Position numbers and translations under genes: made by a program. The notes below the pieces were generated by a model. The model did not search any database. It saw only the letters and a list, made by a program, of their open reading frames with translations, and had not been told where the DNA came from. DNA of 64,000 nucleotides, from positions 10,664,001 to 10,728,000 of the forward strand of contig NC_082731.1 of assembly GCF_030144855.1 (NCBI RefSeq). Direction: 5' to 3'. Positions 52,356-64,000 of the stretch are shown here, piece by piece. Each line of letters starts with the position of its first letter. Position 1 is the stretch's first letter. The stretch is from Hypanus sabinus (lineage: Eukaryota).

Positions 52356-52738
52356 TTAGACGCTTGATTTAAAGCTGTCAGTTAGAACAACTGACACGTT
52401 AACTAAAGTAGGTTTACCCTGGGATTTATCAATACTTCTGACTATATTTGTTTGTAGCGACGGATGTCCAACCAAACAGCTATAGGTGGTTCCCTTCTCC
52501 CAGTCTTCTGCGCTGATCCTCAGTTTGCTGGTAACCGAGTTAGAGCCGTTTTCCTTATCGCTGTTAAACTGGATGGAGAATCCCGAATGCAAAAGGTTGT
52601 CATTAGCCATCCAGCCGACGTATATATCTTCTGGATAATAACCGGTCACGAGGCAAATTAGGGTAGCTGCTTCCTCGGCTTGAATCTCCTCAGCTGATGG
52701 GTACAAAAGGTAGGCTTTCGGGCGGTGCATTTCAGTAA
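52356..52738 (-). CDS. IgNAR: Terminal constant exon (IgNAR C5-type) with secretory tailpiece
   Basis: Acceptor tttctcttccag|TT; reads VTEMHRPKAYLLYPS...ATLICLVTGYYPEDIYVGWMANDNLL...TTYSCLVGHPSLQTNIVRSIDKSQ-GKPTLVNVSVVLTDSFKSSV*. Internal donor CAGG|gtaaac at 52418/52417 is the usual secretory/membrane splice switch. Confidence 0.94.
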
Positions 52739-53124
52739 CTGGAAGAGAAAAACATATTTCAAATTAGTTTCATCTTTGACTTGCAGATTTGTATCTTCAA
52801 CAGACTCCAGATGTTCAAACATCAGTAAACTCAGAAATTAGATCAGCTTTTCAACACAAGACATATCGGCTCCAGATTTAAATAAGGTGTTGCATTTGCT
52901 CTTTGTTATTAAGATACCATGTATAGTTTTACAGTTTTGTGTATTTACTTTTTTTCTACGTTACCACGGGTGTCCTGATCGTTCTTTTTTCTTCTGGATT
53001 GTTGTTACACAATGGAATGGAGGAGATTATGTTTTCAATTCTATTGATTAGGTCATGAATGTCACTGCCAAAATGTTTGTTTGATATACCATGCCTACTC
53101 AAGACAGCAGTTAATTGCGCTTAC

Positions 53125-53445
53125 CCTTGTTTTTTTTGGTGGCGATTGTCAGTGGTGTTGGCAGATCACGGTCTTCTACAACGCACAGGTATTCGGTTCC
53201 ACTGTTCCACTCCTCCACACTGATCTTCAGTTTGTTAATGATGACGAATTTACTTCCCCTCTTCTCTGGACCGCGAGTCTCTACTCCGTTCATTCTCCGA
53301 CTCCCATTTACTTGCCAGGAGACTGTGACATTCTGTAAATCTGTGTAAACCACTTCGCACACAATTGTTGCCCTCCGAAGCATCCAAATCTCTTCAAAGG
53401 AAGGCTTTTTTATGATGGCATTAATGTCAGCCATAAGGCATTCTT
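53125..53445 (-). CDS. IgNAR: Ig heavy-chain constant exon, IgNAR C4-type (IgW C5 homolog)
   Basis: Acceptor ttttttgccag|AA, donor AAGG|gtaagc, 321 nt, phase 1-1, open: ECLMADINAIIKKPSFEEIWMLRRATIVCEVVYTDLQNVTVSWQVNG...EEWNSGTEYLCVVEDRDLPTPLTIATKKNK. Keeps the N-terminal extra Cys (53438-53440) typical of IgNAR C4. Confidence 0.93.
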
Positions 53446-54699
53446 CTGGCAAAAAAGTGGGAATGGTTATATTCATTCTGTGATGTTCAAGATGTGGATT
53501 ATAACAACTCTAACCAGGCCGGAGTAGCACATAATCCCACTTACTATGCACTTCTCTGTGACATTTTTTCTGCTTCCCTAATACAGCTATACTTGCCTTA
53601 TCGACCCGACTCCTCTAACTTCCTTGTCTGATATACTCATTGATTCTGCTGATTATAGATACCACAGCGCAAGCAGTACACTGACATGACTTTAACAGTA
53701 AGTACTTTCTCGCATTCAGGGATGCAAACGTTCACCCCTAGACCTTCAAAATACTGAGGGAAAACGTGGCTTCCTTCAAAGGTATTCACACAAAATGAGC
53801 AAAGGTTTTGTCTGCCAGTCCCCAGTGTGATTCTGAAATAAGCTGATCAAAAAGAACTATTAAGCGGAAAGCTATACTCCGTTAAAACTGCAGTACTTTC
53901 TCCATTATGGACGGAGTAGCACGCTCTTCGAAATAAGAAAACAAAATATAACATGCCACTGACTTCTAATAAAGTCATGTTGTGTGCTTAGCATTCAATA
54001 CATCACTACTTTACGAACCGAGGACTGACTGCCAGCTCTTCAATATTTTCGGTCATATTTTGTGGGAGTTACTCCACTAGAAATAGGAAAATTTGTCAGT
54101 AACGTGAAACCGAAGCGGCCACGTTGACTCTGTAGGTTACCACGTGCCGTAAAATGTAATGGAACCACGTATTTGAAGGAAGCGTTTGCCACTTGATTGA
54201 TCTTGTAAATTATAAAAGTCTACTGCGAATTATGAGCCGACACCTGCATTATTTACCAACCAACGCGTTCCAGAAAAAATATAAACTGTGGTATTAAAAT
54301 ACAGTAACATTTGGAGGATCAATTCAGTTTCAAATGTGCACGAGTCTTTAGTAATTTTGCTTTATTACTTCTGTTTCGATTCTCGATGCAGCTAGTAAGT
54401 TCATTGTTTACCTGTCTTGCATAGAAAATGTGAGCTATTTTCCTGAATTGCTTCAATGCTCCTGGTGAAGCATAATTTTCACAGCTGTTTGTTAGAGAGT
54501 TACAGGATGTAAACCCATCGAAATTGAAGGGAAGGTTCCAAGTGAGACCCGCGTATTTGAAGCCCCAGTCCATCATGGTATTTTGTGTTTGGGTGATACT
54601 GTCAGAGTAGCACGGGTGAATAAAAACAGTCTATTTTGTGCATGTTAAACAGTACAGCAACTATGTACCAGAAGCGAACCCTGTAAGGGTTTACGGCCC

Positions 54700-57600
54700 T
54701 ACATGCTGTGGCGAACAGGATATCACAGTGATCGCTACTGGGGCCTCAGATGCTCTGAGTCTATTTCACTGATATTACTGGGGGATATACCAACGATATA
54801 GGTAAAAAAAACGGGATGAGGTCCTACAGGGTGAATTTAGGGAGTAAGGAGATAAATTAAAAAGTAGGACCACAAAGGTAATAATCTCTCAATTACTACC
54901 AGTGCCATGTGCTAGTCAGAGTAGAAATAGGAGGATATTTCAGATCAATACGTGGCTTGAAGAATGGTGCAAAGGGGAGAGATTCAAATTTCTGGGGTAT
55001 TAGAACTAGTTCTGGGGAGGTGGGACCGGTATATACAGGACGGTCTGCACCTGGGCTGGACTGAAACCAAAGTCCTGGGGGGAGCGTTGGCTAGTGCTGT
55101 TCAGGAGGCATTAAACTCATGTGGCAGGGGGATGGATACAAGTGCTGTGGACAGACGGGTGTAAAATGAGGGGAGAAGCAAAAAGTAGTAAGTTCAAAAG
55201 TAAAACTGGCAGGCAGGCAAATCCAGGGCAAAAAGCAAAAATAGACACTTTTCAACATAATTGTATAAGGGCTACCTAACAGTCGTAGTGAGGTTGGGGA
55301 TGGCATTAAACAGGAAATTAGAAATGCGTGCAATAAAGGAACAGTTATAAAGGTAGTTATAATGGGCGACTTCAATCTACATATAGATTGGGTGAACCAA
55401 ATTGGTAAGGGTGTTGAGGAACAAGATTTCTTGGAAAGTATGCGTGATGGTTTTTTGAACCAACATGTCGAGGAACCAGCTAGAGAGCAGGCCATTCTAG
55501 ATTGGGTATTCAGCATTGAGGAAAGGTTAATTAGCAATCTTGTCATGTGAGGCCCCATGGGTAAGAGTGACCATAATATGGTGGAATTCTTCATTAAGAT
55601 GGAGAATGACATAGTTAATTCAGAAACAAAGGTTCTGAACTGAAAGAAGGGTAACTTTGAAGGTGTGAGACGTGAATTAGCTAATATAGACTGGCAAATG
55701 ATACTTAAAGGGTTGACGGTGGATATTCAATTTCAAGCATTTAAAGATCGCATGGATGAACTACAACAATTGTTCATCCCAATTTGGCAAAAGAATAAAC
55801 CAGGGAAGGTAGTGCACCCGTGGCTGACAAGGGAAATTAGGGATAGTATCAACTCCAAAGAAGAAACATATAAATTAGCCCAAAAAAGCGGCATACCCGA
55901 GAACTGGGAGGAATTCAGAGACCAGCAGAGGAGGACAAACAGCTTAATTAGGGAAGGGAAAAAAGTTTATGAGAGAAAGCTGGCAGGGAACATAAAAACT
56001 GACTGTAAAAGCTTTCATAGATATGCGAAGAGAAAAAGTTTGGTCAATACGAATGTAGGTCCTTTACAGTCAGAAACAGGTGAATTGATCATAGGGAACA
56101 AAGACATGGCAGACCAATTGAATAACTACTTTGGTTCTGTCTTCACTAAGGAAGACATAAATAATCTTCTGGAAATTGTAAGGGACCGAGGGTCTAGTGA
56201 GATGGAGGAACTGAGGGAAATACATGTTGGTAGAGAAGTGGTGTTAGGTAACTTGAAGGGATTAAAGGCAGATAAATCCCCAAGGCCAGATGGTCTGCAT
56301 CCCAGAGTGCTTAAGGAAGTAGCCCAGGAAATAGTGGATGCATTAGTGATAATTTTTCAAAACTCCTTAGATTCTGGATTAGTTCCTGTGGATTGGATAA
56401 TGGCAAATGTAACCCCTCTTTTTAAAAAAAATGTAGGGAGAGAGAAACCGGGGAATTATAGACTGGTTAGTCTGACATCGGTGGTGGGGAAAATGCTAGA
56501 GTCGGTTATCAAAGATGTGATAACAGCACATTTGGCAAGAGGTGAAATTATCGGACAAATTCAGCATGGATTTGTGAAAGGAAAATCATGCCTGACGAAT
56601 CTTATAGAATTTTTGGAAGATGTAACTAGTAGAGTCGATAGGGGAGAGTCAGTGGAAGTGGTATATTTAGATTTTCAAAAGGCTTTTGACAAGGTCCCAC
56701 ACAAGAGATAAGTGTGCAAACTTAAAGCACACGGTATTGGGGGTATGGTATTGATGTGGATAGAGAATTGTTTGGCAGACAGGAAGCAAAGAGTAGGAGT
56801 AAACGGGACCTTTTCAGAATGGCAGGCAGTGACTAGTGGGGTACCGCAAGGCTCAGTGCTGGGACCCCAGTTGTTTACAATATATATTAATGATTTAGAC
56901 GAGGGAATTAAATGCAACATCTCCAAGTTTGCAGATGACACGAAGCTGGGCGGCAGAGTTAGCTGTGAGGAGGATGTGAAGAGGATGCAGGGTGACTTGG
57001 ATAGGTTATGTGAGTGGGCAAATTCATGGCAGATGCAATTTAATGTTGATAAATGTGGGGTTATCCACTTTGGTTGTAAGAACAGGAAAACAGATTATTA
57101 TCTGAAAGGTGGCCGATTAGGAAAAGGGGAAGTGCAACGAGACCTGGGTGTCTTTGTACACCAGTCATTGAACATGGGCATGCAGGTACAGCAGGTGGTG
57201 AAAAAGGCAAATGATATGTTGGCATTCATAGCAAAAGGATCTGAGTACAGGAGCAGGGAGGTTCTACTGCAGTTGGACAAGGCCTTGGTGAGAGCGCACC
57301 TAGAATATTGTGTGCAATTTTGGTCCCCTAATTTGAGGAAAGACATTCTTGCCATAGAGGGAGGACAGAGAAGGTTCACCAGATTGATTCCTGGGATGGC
57401 AGGACTTTCATATGAAGAAAGACTGAATCGACTAGGCTTATACTCACTGGAATTTAGAAGATTGAGGGGGGATCTTATTGAAACGTATAAAATTCTAAAG
57501 AGATTGGACAGGCTAGATGCAGGAAGATTGTTTCCGATGTTGGGGAAGTCCAGAACGAGGGATCACAGTTTAAGGTTAAAGTGGAAGCCTTTTAGGACCA

Positions 57601-57860
57601 GGATGAAGCTAAACTTCTTCACACAGAGAGTGGTGAATCTCTGGAATTCTCTGCCACAGGAAACAGTTGAGGCCAGTTCACTGGCTATATTTAAGAGGAA
57701 GTGAGATATGGCCCTTGTGTCTAAAGGGATCAGAGGGTATGGAGAGAAAACAGGTACAGGGTTCTGAGTTGGAAGATCAGCCATGATCATGCTGAATGGC
57801 AGTGCAGGCTCGAAGGGGTGAATGGCCTACCCCTGCACCTATTTTCTATGTTTCTATATA
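54700..57860 (+). mobile_element. CR1 LINE (ORF1 end plus nearly complete ORF2 with a few stops)
   Basis: ORFs 55362-55550, 55665-56711 and 56712-57704 with MGDFNLHIDW, YLDFQKAFDKVPH, GVPQGSVLGP and FADDTK; CR1 3' tail at about 57850. Confidence 0.93.
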
Positions 57861-58456
57861 CTGTAATATGTCTGTTTACTGGGAATAGAAGTTATGTGGA
57901 ATCGTGGGCTGTGGGAAAGATTCTGGGAGAATTTGGTGGGATGTACACAAGGTAAGTAAATTGGTTAGTACTGAGCAGATTGAATGCTACGTGGAAAACG
58001 TGAGGATATCGACTAAGGAGAAATAAATATGACGATAGTATATTTTATCAATAGTCGGAAACTGGAAAATGTTGGTGTTCGGGGTGGTCTGAATGTTCTT
58101 GTGCGTGAACCATTGAATATGCGGAGCAGATTGTTACAATTTATTTTAGTTATTGTCTAGAACTTATGCCGCAGAAATCTCACTTTGCAGTCGGTGTCAA
58201 CTTTAGGATCTGATATCGACCTTCCTGCAGGACATGGACTGCTTCATTTGATGAGGATTGTGAATGGATTTTTTCAATATGCTGACACAAACGACCATCT
58301 GTGCTTATCATGAAAAAGTGTTCTCTCATGAAGCTCCTGAAGGGTACTAAACTGCCCTAACCATCTAATACGATGACGTCTTTGTGCTTGTATAATTGAT
58401 TTTCATCATTTTCTTTGGGGCAAATAGTGGTTCCGACCTTTGCCAACCAACAACAC

Positions 58457-58700
58457 GGAGCCACGGTAGCGCGACGCTATTACCGCTCAGAACGTGTTGG
58501 AGTTCGGAGTGTAATGCCTGCGCTGTTCAATGAGGAGTCTCTACGTTGTCCCCGTGTCATGCACGGGTTTTCCCCAGCTGCTCCAGTTTCTTCCCAGAGT
58601 CAAAGAAAAACATACCGGTTTGGTTAGTTGGGGTTATTGAGAAGCATAACTCGCATGTATCTGTATCGCAATGGAATAGATGGAATTGCAGAGGCACGAG
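58457..58700 (+). mobile_element. V-SINE/HE1-like SINE, degraded
   Basis: GGAGCCACGGTAGC head and CGGGTTTTCCCCAGCTGCTCCAGTTTCTTCCCA V-core-like segment. Confidence 0.7.
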
Positions 58701-58744
58701 AGAGGAGCTTGTCCAGGGAGATTGGAAGAGAATATTGTGGGAGA

Positions 58745-59941
58745 ATATTGGGGTAAGACAGTGGATGTAGTCTATATGGACTTCAGCAAAGCCTTTGACA
58801 AAGTTCCACATGGAAGGTTAGTTAAGAAGTTTCAGTCGTTAGGTATTAATGCTGGAGTAATAAAATGGATTCAACAGTGGCTAGATGGGAGATGCCAGAG
58901 AGTAGTGGTGGATAATTGTTTATCGGGATGGAGGCCGGTGACTAGCGGGGTGCCTCAGGGATCTGTTTTGGGCCCAGTGTTGTTTGTAATATACATAAAT
59001 GATCTGGATGATGGGGTGGTAAATTGGATTAGTAAGTACGCCGATGATACTAAGGTAGGAGGTGTTGTGGATAATGAGGTGGATTTTCAAAGCTTGCAGG
59101 GAGATTTATGTGGGTTAGAAGAATGGGCTGAACATTGGCAGATGGAGTTTAATGCTGAGAGGTGTGAGGTTCTACATTTTGGCAGGAATAATCCAAATAG
59201 AACATACAGAGTAAATGGTAGGGCATTGAGGAATGCAGAGGAACAGAGAGATCTAGGAATAACTGTGCATAGTTCCCTGAAAGTGGAGTCTCATGTAGAT
59301 AGGGTGGTGAAGAGGGCTTTTGGAACGCTGGCCTTTATAAATCAAAGCATTGAGTACAGAAGTTGGGATGTAATGCTAAAGTTGTACAAGGCATTGGTAA
59401 GGCCAAATTTGGAATATTGTGTGCAGTTCTGGTCACCGAATTATAGGAAAGATATCAATAAATTAGAGAGAGTGCAGAGACGATTTACTAGGATGTTACC
59501 TGGGTTTCAGCAATTAAGTTACAGAGAAAGGTTGAACAAGTTAGGTCTCTATTCATTGGAGCGTAGAAAGTTGAGGGGGGATTTGATCGAGGTATTTAAA
59601 ATTTTGAGAGGGATAGATAGAGTTGACGTGAACAGGCTGTTTCCATTGAGAGTAGGGGAGATTCAAACTAGAGGACATGATTTGAGAGTTAGGGGGCAAA
59701 AGTTTAAGGGAAACACGAGGGGGTATTTCTTTACTCAAAGAGTGATAGCTGTGTGGAATGAGCTTCCTGTAGAAGTAGTAGAGGCCAGTTCAGTTGTGTC
59801 ATTTAAGGTAAAATGGGATAGGTATATGGACAGGAAAGGAGTGGAGGGTTATGGGCTGAGTGCGGGTAGGTGGGACTAGGTGAGATTAAGGGTTCGCCAA
59901 GATGGCCTGTTTCCGTGCTGTGATTGTTATATGGTTATATG
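58745..59941 (+). mobile_element. 5'-truncated young CR1 LINE
   Basis: Uninterrupted RT C-terminal frame to 59879 (YMDFSKAFDKVPH, YADDTK) and (TTATATGG)2 tail. Confidence 0.92.
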
Positions 59942-59944
59942 GAT

Positions 59945-61930
59945 AACGGCAGAGCAGAGATGGCTGAAGTTTTTGGGAATAGTTCCACAAGGCGCAGGAT
60001 AGATATGTGACTCAGAGGAAGAAGTTCTCAAATGGAAGGGCTAGGCAACCATGGCTGGCAAAGGAAGATAAGGGCTGTGTAAAAGCCAAGGAAATAACAT
60101 ATAAGGTAGCAGAAGTAAGTGGGAATTCAGATGATTAGGAAGCGTTTAAAATCAAACAAAAGGCAACTAAAAAAAAGATATAGAAAGGGGAAAAGTGAAA
60201 TTTGAGGACAGACTAGCCAATAATATAAATCAGGATATTAAAAGTTTCTTTTCAATTATATAAGGGGTAAAAGGGAGGTGAGAGGAAATATTGGACCATT
60301 AGAAAATGAAGCTGGAAAGGTAGTAATGGGGACAAAGAAATGTCAGATGAAAGTAATGGGTACTCTGCACCTATCTTCACTGTGGAAGACACTAGCAGTG
60401 TGCCAGAGGTCAATGGGCATCAGGGAGCAGGAGTGAGTGCCATTGCTATTACAAAGGAAAATAGTGCAAGGCAAACTTAAAGGTCTTAAGGTACGTAAGT
60501 CACCTTGGTCAAATGGTTTACATCCCAGACTCCTGAGAGAGGTTGCTGAAGAGATAACGGATGCATTGGCCATGATATTTCAAGAATCACTTGATTCTGG
60601 CATGGTACTGGAGGTCTGGAAAATGACAAATGTCACTCCATTTGTTAAGGAGTTAGCCTAATCTCAGTGGTTGGGGAAGTGTTGGAGTCTATTACTAAGG
60701 CTGAATTTTTGAGGTACTTGGAGACTGATGTTAAAAAGGTCAAAATAAGCATGGTTTCTGTGAAGGGAAATCTTGCCTGACAAATCTTTTAGAATTCTAC
60801 GAGGAAGTAACAACCAGGTTGGACAGAGGCGAGGCTATGAATGTCATTTAATTGGATTTTCAGAAGTGGTGTGATAAGATGCCACAACTCAGGCTGCTCA
60901 ACAATATAAAACCCTAGCTCTTTACTGGAAAGATGCAAGTATAGATTCCAGAATAGCTGACAGACAGGAGGCAGTGAATGGGAATAAAAGGAGCCTTTTT
61001 CTGGTTAGCTGCCGGGGACTAGTGGTGTTCCTCACGGGTCAGGAATGGGACACCTGCTTTTCACATTGTTTATCAATGGTTCACATAATGTAATTGATGG
61101 CTTCATGGCAAAATTTGTGGCTTATACGAAGAAAGGTGGAGGCGCAGGTAGTGCTGAGGAAGCAATGCAATTGCAGCAGGGCTTAGAGAAATTGGAAGAA
61201 TGGACAAAAAGTTGGCAAATGGAACACGATGTTGGGAAATGTATGATAATACAGTTTGGTAAAAGGAACAATAGTGCGGACAATTATCTAAATGGGGAAA
61301 TGTTTCAAATATCAGAGGTGAAGAGGGACTTAGATGTTCTCGTGCAAGACTGCCAGAAAGTTAATTTACAGGTTGGGTTTGTGGTAAAGAAGGTCCAATG
61401 CAACGTTGGCATTTATTTTGAGGGGAATAGAATATAACGGCAAGGAGTTTGTGCTGATCATTTATGAGGCACTAGTTACGCCACACTTAAAGTATTGTCA
61501 ACAGTTTAGGGCCCAATATCACAGAAAGGATGTGTTGTCATTGGAGAGAGTCCAGAGGAGGTTCCTGAGGATGATTCCAGGAATGACGGGGAAAACATAT
61601 GCGGTGCGTATGGCAGCTTTGGGACGGTACTCACTGGAATTTAGAAGAATGCATGTGGATCTCATTGAAACCTCCTTAATGTTGAGAGGACGAGATAGGG
61701 TGATGTTTAAAGGATGTTTTCTATGGTGGGGTATCAAGACCGAGATGGCACAGCCTCAACATTGACGGGCGACCCTTCAGAACAGAGGTAACCTCGATTT
61801 TTTTCAGCCAGCGAATAGTTGATCTGTGGAATGTTCTGCCACAGACTGAGGTGTTGGCCGCCCGTACATATAGTTAAGGCGGAAGTTGATCGTTTTCTGA
61901 TCGGTAAGCACAACAACGGATATGGCGAGA
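59945..61930 (+). mobile_element. CR1 LINE RT region, degraded
   Basis: Fragments KSPWSNGLHPRLLREVA, EEWTKSWQM and LERVQRRFLRMIPG. Confidence 0.85.
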
Positions 61931-61984
61931 ATTTTATTGGTGACGTAATTGTCACAACGTCCGTCTTATAACCATTTAATGTAG

Positions 61985-62260
61985 CCAAATAACCATATAA
62001 CAATTACAGCACGGAAACAGGCCATCTTGGCCATTCTAGTCTGTGCCGAAAGCTTACTCTCACCTAGTCCCACCGACTTGCATTCAGTCCATTACCCTCC
62101 ATTCTTTTCCTGTCCATATACCTACCCAATTTTTAAAAAAATGACAATATCGAACTTGCCTCTACCACTTATACTGGAAGCTCGTTCCACACAGCTACAA
62201 CTCTCTGAGTAAAGATGTTCCCCTTTGTGTTACCCCTAAACTTTTGCCCACTCAACTCCC
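61985..62260 (-). mobile_element. CR1 3' end, same family as 58745-59941, inverted
   Basis: ORF 62169-62357 ends GQKFRGNTKGNIFTQRVVAVWNELPV; same TTATATGG tail. Confidence 0.85.
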
Positions 62261-62425
62261 CTGAGTCTTGCCCTGAATTATGTATTAACAAAGGTTTACC
62301 AGAGGGCAACTCGCTCACAGTCATGCCTTTTTTCCTCTGCAATCTGCTGCCTGACATCCAGCAGTCTCTGTTCCTCTTTCTGCATCTACACTACTTTGCA
62401 GTTCGATTGTTCTTATTGCACCCAC

Positions 62426-62728
62426 CTTTTGTGTTTCGTGTCCGTTTTGATAACGGAGTATCTAATTGATTGTCCTGCACCGAGCAGGAGTATTCTACCC
62501 CACTGTCCCACTCCGCAACGCTGCTGGTCAAACGGCTGACCGTCAGGTATTGGCTTCCGAACTTTGTTGCTTGTCCTGTTTGAACACCATCAGGCCTTTC
62601 CTTTCCACCCACTCTCCAAGATATGGAAACCTCAGCTGGAGTTGTGGCGATCACTTCACACACCAGTGTTGCAGTTTTGTTTGTGCACATTTCTTCAACA
62701 GTAGGATCTCTGAGAAACAATGCGAATC
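62426..62728 (-). CDS. IgNAR: Ig heavy-chain constant exon, IgNAR C2-type (IgW C3 homolog)
   Basis: Acceptor ttgtgctctag|GA, donor AAAG|gtgggt, 303 nt, phase 1-1, open: GFALFLRDPTVEEMCTNKTATLVCEVIATTPAEVSISWRVGG...SRLTSSVAEWDSGVEYSCSVQDNQLDTPLSKRTRNTK. C1-set Cys/Trp/Cys pattern; closely matches nurse shark IgNAR C2 as I recall it (LLRDPTVEEIW...TISRLTSSVEEWQSGVEYTC). Confidence 0.93.
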
Positions 62729-63089
62729 CTAGAGCACAAAATTGAGAGGATGATTTATTGATGACGAACCTGAAACTTAGCAATGATTTCAATTTAATAA
62801 TAAAGAAGTGTGAAGGGATGGATACATCAGACTTTCACTGAAAGGACAACAATGATAAAAAACTGGAGTGGGGAAAGGGTCAGTGGCTTGTGGTAGAATA
62901 GTCAGAGGTATGGAGCTAGCCGAGGGAGGAAAGAACACAGAAAGCTAGATCATGGAAGAAGGTATTATATGGAAAAAGGTGGCAAAATATGCAAGGTCTA
63001 AGGTCATTCCATGTATATATGCAAGAATGAAAGACCTGTTTAGCACAAAGTTTAACGGTTTGAGTCGTCGGGTGGTTGCCTCGACTACT

Positions 63090-64000
63090 TTATTCCTTTC
63101 ATTTATTTCTTTCCTTTTTTGTAATTTATTTTTAATTGAAGTTCATCATCAGACAAACATGTCCATAAGATGGTTTTCAGCATTGTACATATATATCATT
63201 TAGTCATATATATCACAGATCTCCAGAGAATATTTATATGAGGTTATCACTGGTAGAAGAGTGGAAAGAAAACAACAAGCAAAAGGAAAGAACTTTGTAC
63301 CAGTAGGGAGTGATCTCTTTTCACAACATATTCATTGATTTGTGAGAATAAAATCAGTCCTATGAGGCATTATGTAGTTAAGCCATTTTTTTCCGATTAT
63401 GAATCAAATTGTTCCAGCTTATGATTAACAGATGCTGTTATCTTCTCCATTTTGTAAATGTTCATTGTAATTTCCATCCATGTATTTAAAGTTGGGCTCT
63501 CCTGTGATAACCATTTCCCTGTAAGAGTCTTTTTACCAGCCACCAACAGTACATTCATTAAATATGTATCTCTTTTCAACCATTCTTGAGGTATATATCC
63601 AAAATATATGGTCTTACTCTCTAAGGGTATTTCACATTTAAAGATATCTTGCAGGGCATTGTGTACCCCCTCCAATAGTTTTTTTGATAACAGGGCAGTC
63701 CCAAAAATTATGATAATGATTTGCATTTTGATTCCCACAATTTCTCCAGCAAACAGGGAGGTTACTATCATGATGGGATTTCTGAGAGGTTGTAATAAAA
63801 TACCTTATCAAGTTTTTCCATCCAAACTCCCTCCATTTCTGTGAACTGGAACACTTCGATTGATACCTCCATATTATTGTCCATTCTTCCGCAGATATAA
63901 TTATCCCTCCTTCCTTCTCCAATTTTGTTTTAATGTATGAAGTCGAATGTGTTTTAAGATTTGACAACCCCTTATAGATGCTTGAAATGATTCTACTACC
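63090..64000 (-). mobile_element. L1-clade LINE 3' end, runs off the right edge
   Basis: ORFs 63638-63967 and 63397-63771 (CWRNCG...HNFWDCP zinc knuckle) plus A-rich tail. Confidence 0.85.

Noticed and set aside
54030-54580. Unique DNA upstream of C4 with an LTNFP peptide, ORF 54319-54576 and a good-looking donor, considered as a C3 remnant
   Set aside because: No conserved Cys/Trp spacing of a C1-set domain in any frame.
55665-59879. Longest ORFs in the window (330-399 aa)
   Set aside because: CR1 reverse transcriptase pieces, not host genes.

Overview
Cartilaginous-fish (probably ray) genomic DNA, repeat-dense. The only host gene I can support is the 3' half of an immunoglobulin heavy chain on the minus strand, most similar to IgNAR (IgW is the alternative because their C-terminal domains are homologous). 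Its parts are a C2-type exon (62426-62728), a C4-type exon (53125-53445), a C5 exon with secretory tailpiece (52356-52738), a TM1 exon (47296-47453), a tiny TM2 exon (about 47215-47220) and separate secretory and membrane poly(A) signals. The C and TM1 exons are open with AG/GT phase-compatible ends. V/D/J and C1 would lie beyond the right edge. Oddities: (i) no recognisable C3 exon between C2 and C4, where CR1 LINEs fill the interval; (ii) the tailpiece's penultimate Cys is Ser; (iii) C2 has an extra Cys; (iv) the ancestral VK* TM2 exon is shifted out of frame by 2 nt; (v) TM1 read-through would encode a KVK tail with a Y-x-N motif. A 176-N gap (46762-46937) follows the gene. The rest (1-46761) is transposon debris: hAT, a full-length dead L1 with TSDs, CR1, Rex/Babar, Tigger, solo LTRs and SINEs, with no convincing second gene. 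All family assignments come from remembered reference sequences, not database searches.
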